Origin: Lama glama | Lineage: Eukaryota | NCBI GenBank assembly: GCA_028534125.1 | Contig: CM052816.1 | Span: 72,046,001 to 72,110,000 of the forward strand | Direction of reading: 5' to 3' | Length of the DNA: 64,000 nt | Shown here: in pieces, positions 13,994 to 26,393 of the stretch | Layout of the letters: each line of letters starts with the position of its first letter | How positions within the stretch are numbered: position 1 is the first letter of the stretch | Notes under the pieces: generated by a model | What the model saw: only the letters and a program-made list of their open reading frames with translations | The model's database searches: none | What the model was told of the DNA's origin: nothing | Program-made: the position numbers and the translations under genes

Positions 13994-14067
13994 CTGGGAT
14001 GTGTTGCTGCTTTTACTGCTCGAAGCCGGCTCATCCTTGGCTGACACCTTCTGCTTCTTGTTCATCC
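13994..14067 (-). CDS. PARP8: PARP8 exon ~23: (G)MNKKQKVSAKDEPASSSKSSNTSQ
   Basis: tttttag|GG ATG ... CAG|GTGTCG; 74 nt. Confidence 0.95.
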
Positions 14068-14344
14068 CTAAAAACACCAGCAAAGAGTAATTTAGGAACA
14101 AAACTGTACGATGCAGCTTAAAATATAATCCATCTACACTGCAAAGTTCCACTTTGGGCAAAGGCTTGGCAGCCTCAGGCCACAGTCACAAGGGGCTCCT
14201 GAAGGAGCAGCCACTGTGCTCCCAGCCCAGGGATGGAGGAGCGGGTAGTGGGAAGTCAGTGGGTTCTGGAAGTCCTGGTCCAGCTACAAAGGAGAAAATT
14301 AAGTTTGTTGTTCTTTGCATTGAAAAGGTAAGACATTCTCTGTC

Positions 14345-14484
14345 ATTCTAAGTGAAGTTAAGTCAAAAAGAGAAAGAAAAAAACCATATGAGATCGTTCA
14401 TATGTGGAATCTCACATAATACAAAACAGAAACAGACTCATAGACATAGAATACAAACCTGTGGTTGCCAAGGGGGCGGGGGGT
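14345..14484 (+). mobile_element. L1 3' fragment (ORF2 end/3' UTR) running into the assembly gap
   Basis: ctaagtgaagttaagtcaaaaagagaaagaaaaaaaccatatgagatc...gtggttgccaagggggcgggggg. Confidence 0.8.
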
Positions 14485-14984
14485 NNNNNNNNNNNNNNNN
14501 NNNNNNNNNNNNNNNNNNNNNNNNNNNNNNNNNNNNNNNNNNNNNNNNNNNNNNNNNNNNNNNNNNNNNNNNNNNNNNNNNNNNNNNNNNNNNNNNNNNN
14601 NNNNNNNNNNNNNNNNNNNNNNNNNNNNNNNNNNNNNNNNNNNNNNNNNNNNNNNNNNNNNNNNNNNNNNNNNNNNNNNNNNNNNNNNNNNNNNNNNNNN
14701 NNNNNNNNNNNNNNNNNNNNNNNNNNNNNNNNNNNNNNNNNNNNNNNNNNNNNNNNNNNNNNNNNNNNNNNNNNNNNNNNNNNNNNNNNNNNNNNNNNNN
14801 NNNNNNNNNNNNNNNNNNNNNNNNNNNNNNNNNNNNNNNNNNNNNNNNNNNNNNNNNNNNNNNNNNNNNNNNNNNNNNNNNNNNNNNNNNNNNNNNNNNN
14901 NNNNNNNNNNNNNNNNNNNNNNNNNNNNNNNNNNNNNNNNNNNNNNNNNNNNNNNNNNNNNNNNNNNNNNNNNNNNNNNNNNNN
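14485..14984. other. Assembly gap (500 N)
   Basis: Run of N within the intron. The flanking exons splice in frame, so no constitutive exon is missing. Confidence 0.99.
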
Positions 14985-15845
14985 AAGAATATAAGTAAAA
15001 CCAACTACATATTCAGGTACGTGAATATAAAAGCATTTAAAAATCTGAAGGGAAATACACTAAACACTGAGGTTGTAGGAAAATTTTTCTTTTGTTATTT
15101 TATATAATTCTGTGTAGTTTCAACCTCCTTACAATGGGCATAATAACTTTATATTTAAACAGAGTAAGTTACTATTCTGAAAAAAATTACACTGATCATT
15201 GCGATATTCCAAACATATTTAAAGAAAAAAAACACCCAAAATTGTACTACCTAAGGATTACAAATGCTAACAATTTGGTCATCATTCTTTAAATATTTTT
15301 TATCCCTCCTCAGTACATGCTTTTGACTTACTCCAAAATATTTTTTCAAACAATGTCACCAAAATATTAACAAGAAGTTCAATAAATAGGACAGTTTTGA
15401 GGCTGTTTTTCTAATCCTAAGTTTTCCATATTGCTTAAAACTTCTTTATGGAATATATAATCATTCAAAGACAAGAAGTCAGCATGATACAGACTAACAC
15501 CCAATGAGAGAAGATTAATTTGTATGTATAGTTTTCATTGCTCTACATAATGCTTTGCACATGCTATACTATCAACATTTACTGCGGAAGGAATAAATGT
15601 AGAAACTACTGAAACAAAAATTAATTTTGAAACTGACAAAACATATATTCCATCTTACATATGAGGGAAAGTATTATAAATTCATCTTGACATGTAATCT
15701 TTGTTTTCACTTCTGACATTTATCAAATGAACTTAACACAGATGTATCAAATAAGCTTCATTCACTTGATAAAAGGCTGTGTCTGGAATACACAACAACA
15801 AAAGAAACTGTTACATCTGAGGTTAGAAGTGAAACACAAGCTTAC

Positions 15846-15915
15846 CTGAGTAACCAAATGATATGCTTGACATTGGACTAAGATAGATCCCACTTCCATA
15901 CATCGCACCGTGGAG
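15846..15915 (-). CDS. PARP8: PARP8 exon ~22: LHGAMYGSGIYLSPMSSISFGYS (catalytic Tyr motif)
   Basis: tcttag| ... G|GTAAG; 70 nt. Confidence 0.97.
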
Positions 15916-17087
15916 CTAAGATGCAAAGAGGTGGGAGAGGAAGCGGTCAGTCGATGGTTTCAAATGTTTATAATTCCACAAAAGAAGGCCATCAGTCTCA
16001 TTAGCTCTTAGAAATGATAATGTCCTTATTCCATGGTTTAATTTGAAAAGAGTACTAATATCCTTCCTTGAAATTGAGAGTGCACTGATATATGGAAAAT
16101 GACAGCCAGAGAAAAAGTCCTTGATACAAGTTTTCCTTCCTACTGATGACAGTCACTTAATATATAGTACTGCAGTAGGCTTTTACGTTAATGACTCTAA
16201 AATACTGGAAACAAAACAGATAGAAACACATGCAACAGAATGCTGATCAGGACTCTCACCTGCTAGGATATCAACAAAGTATCCTTTCCAGATTTCATGA
16301 TACAGCACTGTCACACCATTCTTACCCTCCTCTAGATTTTTCAAGTTACAGAGAGTTTCATTAATTGAAACTACTCAGAACAATTAAAATTCTTATTATC
16401 TCCGTGTTCCAGGGCCCCTGCGCCTTATTCAGTATGAACTGAATATTAATCCAACAAATGTGTATTTATGGGCATTTATATTTAATCGTATCACCCCAAT
16501 TGTCATTAGCGTGTGGGATCTTGCACAGGTGACTGGGTTGAAGATCTCATTTCCTGACTTCCTTCCATCAGCAGATGAAAATCAGCTGCATGAGGAGGAG
16601 GTGGGATGCTGGAGATGAAAGGCGTAAATAAAGACAAGGACCACACCCATGACATCCTGCCCAAGTGCCGTCCTGGGGGCTGAAAAACAGCTGGCTGAAG
16701 GCTCTTTGGTGTCCAATCTCCACTTTGCTTCTTCTTAGTCCTACCTTTTCTTCCGTTCAAGTATTCACACTGAGGCAGTGCTCAAGTGTTAGATTAGCAG
16801 AGAATTTGTGTATGGTTTTACTTTTCGATTGATAATTTTTTTCTACTTAAGGTCAAATAGTGATTTTACTATTTTCTCATAGGAAAACTCAATTTTCTTT
16901 TTCTTTTCATCTTTATATTTTGCACAGATCAATTCTGCTTCACTTATTTTGTGAAAATTACTTCTGCCTAATTTTTTAAAGCCCACATGCTTCCCTTTTT
17001 GCAAGTAAAAACATAACAACAGGACTGCTTACCGAACTCCAACACTGAAGAATAATGAGGTCTCGTTAAAGCATTCAGAAAATTTAC

Positions 17088-17160
17088 CTGCAGTCGTGTA
17101 TTAGAAGCAACAACCAGACCATTTCTCAGGATGGAGTGCCAGTTTTCAATGTGTGAGCCA
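17088..17160 (-). CDS. PARP8: PARP8 exon ~21: (H)GSHIENWHSILRNGLVVASNTRLQ
   Basis: ttttag|T GGC ... CAG|GTAAAT; 73 nt. Confidence 0.97.
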
Positions 17161-17220
17161 CTAAAACACAGAGGAGGGGAAGGAAAAAGCCAAAAAAAAA
17201 AAAAAAAAAAGACCTTTTAA

Positions 17221-17345
17221 AAAAATTTTTTTAAATTGAAGAATAGTTGATTTACAATGCTGTGTTAGTTTCTGGTGTATAGCAAAGCGATTCAGTTATA
17301 TATATATATACACACACATACATACGCACACACACACACACACAT

Positions 17346-17377
<32 letters not shown>

Positions 17378-17595
17378 TCTTTCTCAGATTCTTTTCTATT
17401 ATAGGTTATTACAAGGTATAGAATATAGTTCCCTGTGTTATACAGTAGAATCTTGTTGTTTATTTATTTTATATATGGTAGTTTGTATCTGCTAATCCCA
17501 AACTCCTAATTATCCCTCCCTCTCCTTTCTCCTTTGGTAACATGAGTTTGTTTTCTATGTCTGTGAGTCTGTTTCTGTTTTGTAAATGAGTTAAA
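17221..17595 (-). mobile_element. 5'-truncated cetartiodactyl-type L1 3' end with an internal (TA)/(CA) microsatellite
   Basis: ttgaagaatagttgatttacaatgctgtgttagtttctggtgtatagcaaagcgattcag...; TSD-like aaagaccttttaa / aaagatcttttaa. Confidence 0.85.
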
Positions 17596-17800
17596 AAAAA
17601 AATCAAAGATCTTTTAATGTGGTCACAATGTAACAAGTCATGGTGCCTTCTCAGAGCTCTCTTTCCCAGTGAAGTGTCATACAGTGGACTAGCCAGTGCC
17701 AACAAACTACTAAAAGGATGTCTTCTTCCTCATACATTTCTGAAACACTGAGTGTGGGACACAGTAATGGGGACCCCCCTCAACAGCAAGCCATACTCAC

Positions 17801-17913
17801 TGAAATGCAAAGGTGCTTCCAAAGAGTTTTTTAGCAGCTCTAAAATTGGATTCTTTGGCTGGTGGACTGCTGAGAAGAAGAAACTGATGTGGAGTGTGCA
17901 TAAACTTCAGTTG
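17801..17913 (-). CDS. PARP8: PARP8 exon ~20: QLKFMHTPHQFLLLSSPPAKESNFRAAKKLFGSTFAF(H)
   Basis: ggcag| ... CA|GTGAGT; 113 nt. Confidence 0.97.
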
Positions 17914-19039
17914 CTGCCATTTAAAATAACGACACAGGAAAATATGTCAAATTTAACTTATAATCAGGCTAATGATAATTTCAAATTTTACTGGTTTAGG
18001 AATTATCTAGTTTCAAACCATAATAATTCACATTAACAGGATCATTCATTTAAAAAAAACTTCTGCATAAATGATAAATCACATGGAATTGCTGATATGA
18101 AGGGCAATTCTTTAGGCTAATGGAAAAGGAATAGGAGACAGACAATCCAAAGTCATTTATATTTAGCTTTGGAATACGCTATGTAATCACATTCAAGCAG
18201 ATCTGCCTTCCTAATTACATTTCTTTTTGAGACTTTTATTATTGAATTCCCTAAGTATCCACTAACTATTCAGCTGGGGAAATATCTGAGAGTTTGTTAA
18301 GCAGAAAAGTTAGTTCAAGATTTTAAAACTACAAAAATTATCATCATCATGCTTTATTTGCATATATTTATAAAAACTGGAAATTGCCTACATTCAAATT
18401 AGAGTTTCCTCCTTTGTTCACGGGAAAAAAGTGAAAACAGAGTCTTTTGGATTAGTTGCTTGACTATGTTTTCTAATTGCTGCCCTTTCACTTAAGAATA
18501 TATGTACTTTTATAGGTATCCAACATACAGGAATCTCAGAGTTTAGAGAGTCATAGGCAGGAGAGCTGAGATTTCAGATACTGCTCCTAGGTGAAGATAA
18601 GACCTGAAATCAGAGTCCATTAGCTCTTTCTTTATTTTGTAAGCATATTAGGCTGATAAAGTAAGCTATCTGGAAGCAATATCTTCTCCGATATAGAAAA
18701 GTGAAGCTGTGCCAACACTAAACCGATGATAAAAAGCACATTACCTTTTTCTGGTCAGTCTCAAGATAGTGTTCTTTCTATCACTTGTGGAATAACTAAA
18801 TGATTTCATATTGACTTGTTTACTTTAAAAGTTCAAGGCAGCAGCCTGAAATTGAATTTGATTTCCTGAGAAAACTTGGGGCTAGGGCACATGGTAATTT
18901 CAAACCGAGTAAGAATTAGGCGCATCCTGAGTTTACTTCAATTTCCTGGAAAGGCTGCCTAAAAAATCACAGGGGTCCATTCTCCCGAGTAATAAGTACT
19001 CCTCCCATTTCTGTATGTAGGTGTGAAAAAACAACTTAC

Positions 19040-19088
19040 CCTGTTAACTGGCAGTTTCACAATATGTGACCTATTACTTGAAATAACC
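19040..19088 (-). CDS. PARP8: PARP8 exon ~19: (W)VISSNRSHIVKLPVNR
   Basis: tttcag|G GTT ... AGG|GTAAGT; 49 nt. Confidence 0.96.
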
Positions 19089-20857
19089 CTGAAATTAATT
19101 AAAATAATCCATCAGTCACAAACGTATGCCAAATATATTTAAAGTTTTTTCCTCAGTTGGCAAGTGATTCAAACTTATTTCTGCTGTGACATCAACTGAG
19201 TAATAATTTTATTTAATTACATCATTTTGCTTTGCTTCCTGAAAGAATTAAAAGAGCTTATGCAATAAAAAGATAGTATTTTAATCTGAGAAAACACAGA
19301 AGTAGGTCTTTAAAACCTAAGAGATACACTCTTTAATAACCACAACCTCAGATAGCAGGAAAATGAACATTCATGAACATACTTTCAAATAATGATAATC
19401 CAAATACAAAGATTAGAAATTGATTCATACATCTGCTTCCTTTCCAACCTCCTACACTAAGAATGGATTTTTATAAATATCTTTTTATGTAACTATTTGA
19501 GGATCCTTGTGCATATATATATACACACATAATAATTATATACAGACTATTATTTACCATATGTAGACAATGATGTTGAGAAAATAAAAAATTCAGGTAT
19601 CTGAAAGAATTGTTTTATGCCTTTTAGTACAGAAAATAATAATTAAGGAAAGTTGTAAAACATGTTGGTAAATTTTCTTCTCTTCGAAAGGAGAATGACT
19701 AACAAGCTGAAGGAAATGATCACAAATAATCAAAAGTGAACAATCAGGCTTGACTGCAGAGAACAAAAGAGATAAGATATTTGAGAATTTTACCTTTACT
19801 TTTGAATATGACCTAATGTGAGAATTTAAAAAGCTACAATAAAAACTATGTGCTATTTCATTCAATTCGTCAGAATTTTAATAATAAATTATAAAAGATA
19901 TACAGAAAGACTTCTGAAACCTAATTTTTGTCATGGTCTAATTAGACTAAATTATATCTGTTTTGTAAAGTTCTGCCTAAGTCAAAGTTTAGTAATTAGA
20001 ATCATGAGGTAGCCAGATTCTTTCCCCCTTGGCCCATCTTTACGTATTAAAAAAAAAAAAACAACAACTTCCTGGTTGTAGCATGGAATACGTACGTATT
20101 CAGACCAAACTCTTATAATCTTTACATTTGTATTACTACGTGACAATCATGGTAAATTCCAGAGTCACTGAGTTAGCTGTCAGTGATTTTAAAGAGAAGT
20201 ATATAAAACCCTTTTAGGTATGGTGAGTAGATACTACTGTTTTCTTTTTGTAGATGAGAAACCAGAGGGCAAATTATTTGAAGTAAGTGTTGAACCAAGG
20301 TGAGTTCTCAACCCACCTCTCAACTATTCTTAGTCTAACCGTCCTCCTGGGATCTAGGACCCCTGGTGGACCAATGCTATGGCCTCACCAGGCTTGCCCT
20401 GAAACAGTGCAACGTCTGCGGTCATCAAACGGACTTTACCAAACTTATACTGTCTTTGTTCAGGGAGTAAATGATATAAAACATACACTGTAGAAAGATT
20501 TTCAAAAACTCAGTTAGTTTTATCACTTGGTCTTCATTAATGAAAAAGGTAAATGAACCAAAATAGCTTCACCATGTAATCCAGCCAAAGTTTTTAAAAA
20601 GTATTGACAACAAACTGCTGTCAACCGCACGGTCTATCCGTGCAATGCATATGACAGCATCTTCTTCCCCGTGTGATGTACAAGTTTTAATTAAAGCGAG
20701 AGTCATTAAGGACTCTTGGGCTGTAAAATCACCAGGCCTTATAGGCTTATAGAACTGTAGCACTGCAGGTCTTGTAAAATAGGCTCGCCAGCTCACCCCC
20801 CAAGGCAGGCAGTAGAAAATGATGCTGTTTTCATTAAGAGGAAGACTAAATTTATAC

Positions 20858-20925
20858 CATTGCAGTAAGGGATGAGCAAGAGGGTCTTGTTTATCCATCT
20901 GCTTCTTGATTTCCAGATATGGTGC
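20858..20925 (-). CDS. PARP8: PARP8 exon ~18: APYLEIKKQMDKQDPLAHPLLQ(W)
   Basis: ttccag| ... TG|GTATAA; 68 nt. Confidence 0.96.
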
Positions 20926-20997
20926 CTGGAAAAAAAAGTCATTATACTCCGTGATTTTTCTTAAAAATTCCTTTTTTTCCTTTTTAATTTTCTTTCT

Positions 20998-21522
20998 TGT
21001 AAAAGGAAAATCGGATTGAACACGTATGTCTAATCCAGTTAAACCCAAATAGTTGCCGTTGTGACATGGTAACAGCAATCATTACCTTAGTTGTTTCTCC
21101 CTAAGGCGACATGAACTCTGAACTCCTGTGCAGCACAGACGACTTGCCTGAACACTTTGCTAAGGGGCTTGTTCAAACTGTAGCCTAACTTCCATGCCCT
21201 AGGCCACGTCCCCCAGACCCCTATTGGGTCTTTCCTCAAGAAAACCCAGAGCTGCCAAAACACAGAAGGTACTAACCCACACCACCAACCTTTCAGTAAT
21301 TCTCCACTTGCCCCCTTGGAATTGTCCATTTCTCCAGAAACCCCTATTTTCACTTCTCTGTAGCCCCTTTTCGTTGATTCTCTGGTCTCACTTTAAGAAC
21401 CTCAGTCCCTTCTGTCTTATTTGGAGGTGAGCTCAGCTCATCCTGTGAGTCTCACTCCCCTACTGCAGCACTCCAATCAATCTGTGCTGCCACCTTCGTC
21501 CAGTGTCTGGTTTCTCTCGGAC
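20998..21522 (+). mobile_element. Probable ERV solo LTR (ERV1-like)
   Basis: About 525 bp, GC-richer than its flanks, TG...CA bounded (tgtaaaagg ... ctcggaca), with an LTR-like U5 end (tccagtgtctggtttctctcggaca). Confidence 0.55.
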
Positions 21523-21854
21523 ATTTTCAACTTTTAACTAACGTGAACGCAAAACTTGTATTAGCTACAATTCATGCTCATATCTGAGGGTAGATCTGAA
21601 TTCGGGTAGATCTTTACATGAGAAAGTTGGGCAACATTTACATAAGAGATGACCCCTTCTCTTAAAAATATTAATGGAATTCACCCAGCCAATTAACCTT
21701 TTCATAGAATAAAAGGCAATCTGTCTGTGACAATTTAGGTCTATCTATAGGGCAGGACATTCTAGAAAATAGGACAGTACAATGTTATATTTATTTGGAG
21801 AGGTTTAAGGGATTTGACACGATAAAACCTGACAGCATCTGTATGAAGTGTACC

Positions 21855-22010
21855 CTAAAGGAAGATGCGGCATTACTACTGACCATCTTGACAGTGAAGA
21901 AACAGACGCATCAAGCAATAAAGCAACTTGCCCAAGGTCACAGGCCATGTCACTGATGAGCAAATTATACCACATGGGCTTCCAACTTCTTAAGCTGACA
22001 CTCAATCATC
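21855..22010 (-). mobile_element. MIR SINE
   Basis: catcttgacagtgaagaaacagacgca...gcaacttgcccaaggtcacag, the antisense MIR core. Confidence 0.65.
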
Positions 22011-23400
22011 TCCATTGCCTCCTATTAAAATAGCTTACACATGACCCAGAATAAAGGAAGCAGCTCTTAGCAAGGAATTGCTCCCAGAGTCAGAGTCTGT
22101 ACCTATTTTTAAATCCAAGAAAGATCTGGATGTAGGGTATAGTATAAATACCCTATACCAAAGTCTTTGGTGATAAAAATGTTTACTTAACTCTGTAAGA
22201 TACTGCAATAGGTTCTTTTTCCCCTCCTAAGTGGAAATGCATTGATTGCTTTCTTTTCCTTATATAAATAACAAATACTTGTTTGAAAAGGAATTCAGAT
22301 AAAGTAGAAAGGGCACAGAAAAAATGCTGGAAAGGATGATGGTTTTTAGGCAAATAACATAGCTTGTGAACTAAAGGATCTCTCGTTTACCACTGTCTGA
22401 CACATACTATTTGTTGAATGAATGAATGAATAATCGACTTCATGAATAAATAACTATAGAAAGAATCAAGAATCAAATTTGGGAATGTAAAGATGTACTT
22501 TGGGGGCACATCTGCAAATGGAGCAGCTGTGATGTTGGGGGTGGAGGGAAGAATGGAACAGAAACTCTGGGCCCCAAGACTGGAGGGCTCAGTTCCCTTC
22601 CCCCAAGAAAGGCAACGACCCAGAGTAATACTTATGAACCTGCAAGGGCCTCTAGGGCAGCGCAAGCCTCGAAAACACCATATGCAAACTGAACTCATAA
22701 TGTGTGTTGTTGTCAATTAAAGATGATTAATTTCTACTTATAAAGATGAGCTTTAAACCTCTCCAAGTCTTTGGCAGTGGAAAAGCCTCAATAATTCAAT
22801 AGGATGTGCTTTTCCCAGTGCTGGACTATAGCCCAGTGATATATTAGATTTTTACAATAAACCCTGATCCTTTCTCATCAAACTCTTCCACCAGAATCTC
22901 CCTAATGGTCAAAAATATCAGCTCATACTCTCAAGGAGCCTGGTGTCTTCCAAAGTTGTTTTGAGATTCTTGTGTTGTATCTGAAATGTTTGTGTCTACT
23001 TTACATTTAATAGAATATTTGTTTTTATTTTAACATTAAAATGCTGCTTTGACATTACTACCATTAATTAAAATTGGCAATCTAGGAAGACAGTACCACA
23101 TTTAACCTTTGTCTTAAGATATTGTGACAAATTCTTGCCTGAGTTTTGAGAGCAGAGCATTAGGATTATAATTATGCAGTTACCCTCCGAAGTCACAGTG
23201 GTAGCATACCAATACACAGATGTAATTTAATTAAAACACCCTAGTACAAAACAATTTTAATTTTTTATGATTTTAATTATACTCTCGTAAAACAGAACAG
23301 CCTACACTTCACTGCCTGGCCAGTACTCTCAGATATTTTAAAAATATCAGTTCACTCAAGCGAAACTGAACTGTGCAAGACCACAAGATGATATACTTAC

Positions 23401-23466
23401 TTGTGTCATTTCTCTAATAGAAGTTATGCTATCCAATGCTTTCATCACTCGATCATAGTTCTTCTT
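23401..23466 (-). CDS. PARP8: PARP8 exon ~17: KKNYDRVMKALDSITSIREMTQ
   Basis: taacag| ... CAA|GTAAGT; 66 nt. Confidence 0.97.
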
Positions 23467-24722
23467 CTGTTAGAATGGGAAGAAAAAATAGTATTTTGCT
23501 ATAAGCCTTTGCAAGTCTGCACGTTACTAGACAAACATATTACTTCTGTACCTGAATTTTCCATCAGGATCAATTTGAAAGCAATGACTGTGTTGCGTAC
23601 AGAAAAGGGAAGCCTTTAATAAGATGGCCAAGGACACAGGATTTATGACTTAGTCAGAGGGAAGGAAAAATGAAAACACTGCCAGTTCTAGCGTAAGTAC
23701 GTGAAGTCATGTTCAGCCTGCAAGGGACCAACTATAAATACAACAAAGGGATTAGGCTCCTGATTCTCATGTTCAACACTAAAAAGTTAAGCCATGGTGA
23801 GTAAAACAAGCACAGAATCCTTCTGAAACACAAAAGTCCACTTTAAATCTGACAATTTCGTTTTGCTTTTATTTTCTTTTGACTGGAAGATTATTGCCAA
23901 AAAAGTGTGACTAAGGCGTGTGTAAATGACTCTATACACTCAACTGATAATTCGTTTTTAAGCACACTGTAAATATGGGCACTGTTTCCACTTCTGAAGA
24001 AAAGAAAGTTTTCCGAGGAAGCTTTATGTAGTCACTGTTTCTATAAAATGATTTCAAGATGAATAATAACAGAAACGAAGGCAATTTTGGCTCTCATGCA
24101 ATTTGAAAACTGTGCTATTTCAGAAGAACTCTGCTAAGTCACCATGAATATTTATAAAACTGTTTTCTCGAGAAATGCCAGTTGACCAACAATATGAATT
24201 AAACTTTCACTAACCTTCGGATAACTGGGGAGGGAGAGAAGGGAAGACAAGGAGGGGTGAAATAAAAATACAGAAGAAAAAGAAAAAGAAAAACGTCCCT
24301 TTACCCATGATCTTTAAAGTTACAGTGAGATTACAGAAGCTGGAATCTCAAAACATACATAACAAAATTAAAATAATCATACCAACCATTATAAATCAAT
24401 TTATTAGAGCTATTTACCTACCTTCCATGCAGATGGGATGTGTCAAGATCAGAATGGGTCTAGTTTCATGAAGATGAAATTGTAAAAATGATTTTAAAGG
24501 AGAAAAGAGGAGGGGAAGAAACAGGATACATGAAAGACAAGGTGGAAGTAAATCAAGTTTGTGGAAAAACAATCATATTTACTAAATGGATACAGAGTTC
24601 ATGACAGGTCATGGACATGATGACACAGCGGTTTAGGTAAGAAAGAAGAAAGCTAAGGGAGACTCAGCTCTCAAGGACCAGCAAAGGGAACTTGGGATTG
24701 GTGTGTTTGGGTGGCTACTCAC

Positions 24723-24848
24723 CCTGGGGTTGAAGGCCAGCATCTGAGGATCGTTAGGATCTACCACCGAAGGGTATGGCTCGAAAATGACAACTTTTCT
24801 AGGAGATTCCAATGCAGACCTACACATGGACACTAGTAGATCTACCAC
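24723..24848 (-). CDS. PARP8: PARP8 exon ~16: VVDLLVSMCRSALESPRKVVIFEPYPSVVDPNDPQMLAFNPR
   Basis: ttcaag| ... AGG|GTGAGT; 126 nt. Confidence 0.97.
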
Positions 24849-25089
24849 CTTGAAATACATACATAAGACAGTTACTCTCCTTCAGGTTTACCCAGTGCTT
24901 TGCCACTGTTTCTCCCTCTCGTGGTAATTAATTAGGAAGGATTTCAGGGTTGCGCTCAACCTCTCGAATCTGTAACTTGTGGCTTCAGCCCAAATTTGAC
25001 CAAACCTGACCCCTCATCTAAAGTAACTAGTATGTGTTGCTTCCAACTACTCCTGTATTAATGTTATCTTTACTACGTCTTGGTCACGA

Positions 25090-25435
25090 ACACATACTAC
25101 GTGCTAGCTTTCTTGCAGGCTCTCTGCTAAGACAGTGAACAAGACAGGTTCTGGTTCTCGTGGACTTTACATTTCAACAGAGAAGATACACACTGAAAAA
25201 ATCAGTTAAATATAGCCTTAAAGACAGTTTCGGGTGGTGTCATATGCTTCAAAAATCAAGCAGGCATTAGAGATGAAGGCCGTAGAGGGTACTGTTTTAG
25301 AGTGGCTAGGAAAAGTTTCAACGGAGATCTGAGTGAGGTGGGGAAGGGGACACGTGACTGCCAGGGGAGAAAGCACTCCAGGTGCAGGAAACTGCAAACA
25401 TGAGTCTGACAGGCTCCCAGAGCAGTGCATCTCCT
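25090..25435 (-). mobile_element. L2 LINE 3' fragment
   Basis: cagtgaacaagacagg...gagatctgagtga...ggagaaagcactccaggtgcaggaaactgcaa, antisense L2 motifs. Confidence 0.6.
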
Positions 25436-26393
25436 GACGTCATCTTACTTCTTCCCACCCTCCTCTGCCAAAGGCCATTAACCATCTCTGACTTGCTAAA
25501 AATGATGGCTTTATTCCTGTCTTCTTCTATGATTACTCTGCACAATTTTCGAAGAGGCAGTACTATGTAGCAATTAAGAGCATAGCTCCCCTCCCTAGTT
25601 TGCAAAACAATGTGCTCAACGCTGTCTAAATGGAGAGAGCTCACCACAACAGATGTTATCTACAGTGTGAAGACAAGAGACCTCATGATGAAGCAGCTGA
25701 CTTAATCTTTATAGTGAAAGATACTTCCATAAAGCTCTTAAACAGGCATTTAAAAAATGCTCAGTAAGAACAGGGAGGTTTTAGACCCCTGTGGTTAATG
25801 AGGGGGCATTGGGACCTCCGTGGCAGAATGCCAATAGGGCTCACTAGGCTGTGTGCATACTCACAGAACACATTCACCCAATCACAGCATCCAGAATTTC
25901 CAGTGACCTAAAATCACTAGCAATACTCAAGCCACTGGGTACAAGATCTATAAATAATACATCCCAAAGTGCACAGACATACACACCCACAGGGCTCACG
26001 CAGAAAAGAGTAGCACTGAAACAGCTCATCACTTTCCACCGCACTTGCTCATTTATATTTGTGAGTGTGTGTAGACCTGCAATAAACTGGCTTCCAATCA
26101 ACAGATATGCTAATAAGGACACAACAAATCCCTCCTGATTGTTCTCCTGTCCCACACTCGCTCCTTATATCCCAGAAGGATGCACCTTAACCCAGATACA
26201 AATTGTTTTTAGCATTATCTGGTCTCCCAATAAAAGTAAAACCCAAGCAAGAATTCCTGAAAAAGAAACATCAGTAAGATAAAATAGGCTTTTCTGAAAC
26301 TTTCTAGGAAGAGAGAATTGGCACAATCTTACAAAACTCTTAAAAAAATTTAATGGTATAGTATCCACTTGAAGCTTCGTCAAAGTACACATC

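Noticed and set aside
14352..15107. Long ORFs of 177-251 aa in the ORF track
   Set aside because: Artefacts of translating through the 500-N gap plus L1 sequence.
17033..17044. Possible 12-nt microexon (ttcttcag|TGTTGGAGTTCG|gtaagc)
   Set aside because: The intron from exon 21 would be only 43 nt, below the usual mammalian minimum. Treated instead as an alternative donor.
20569..21078. 169-aa minus-strand ORF
   Set aside because: Only 20858-20925 is exon 18; the rest is intronic read-through past canonical splice sites.
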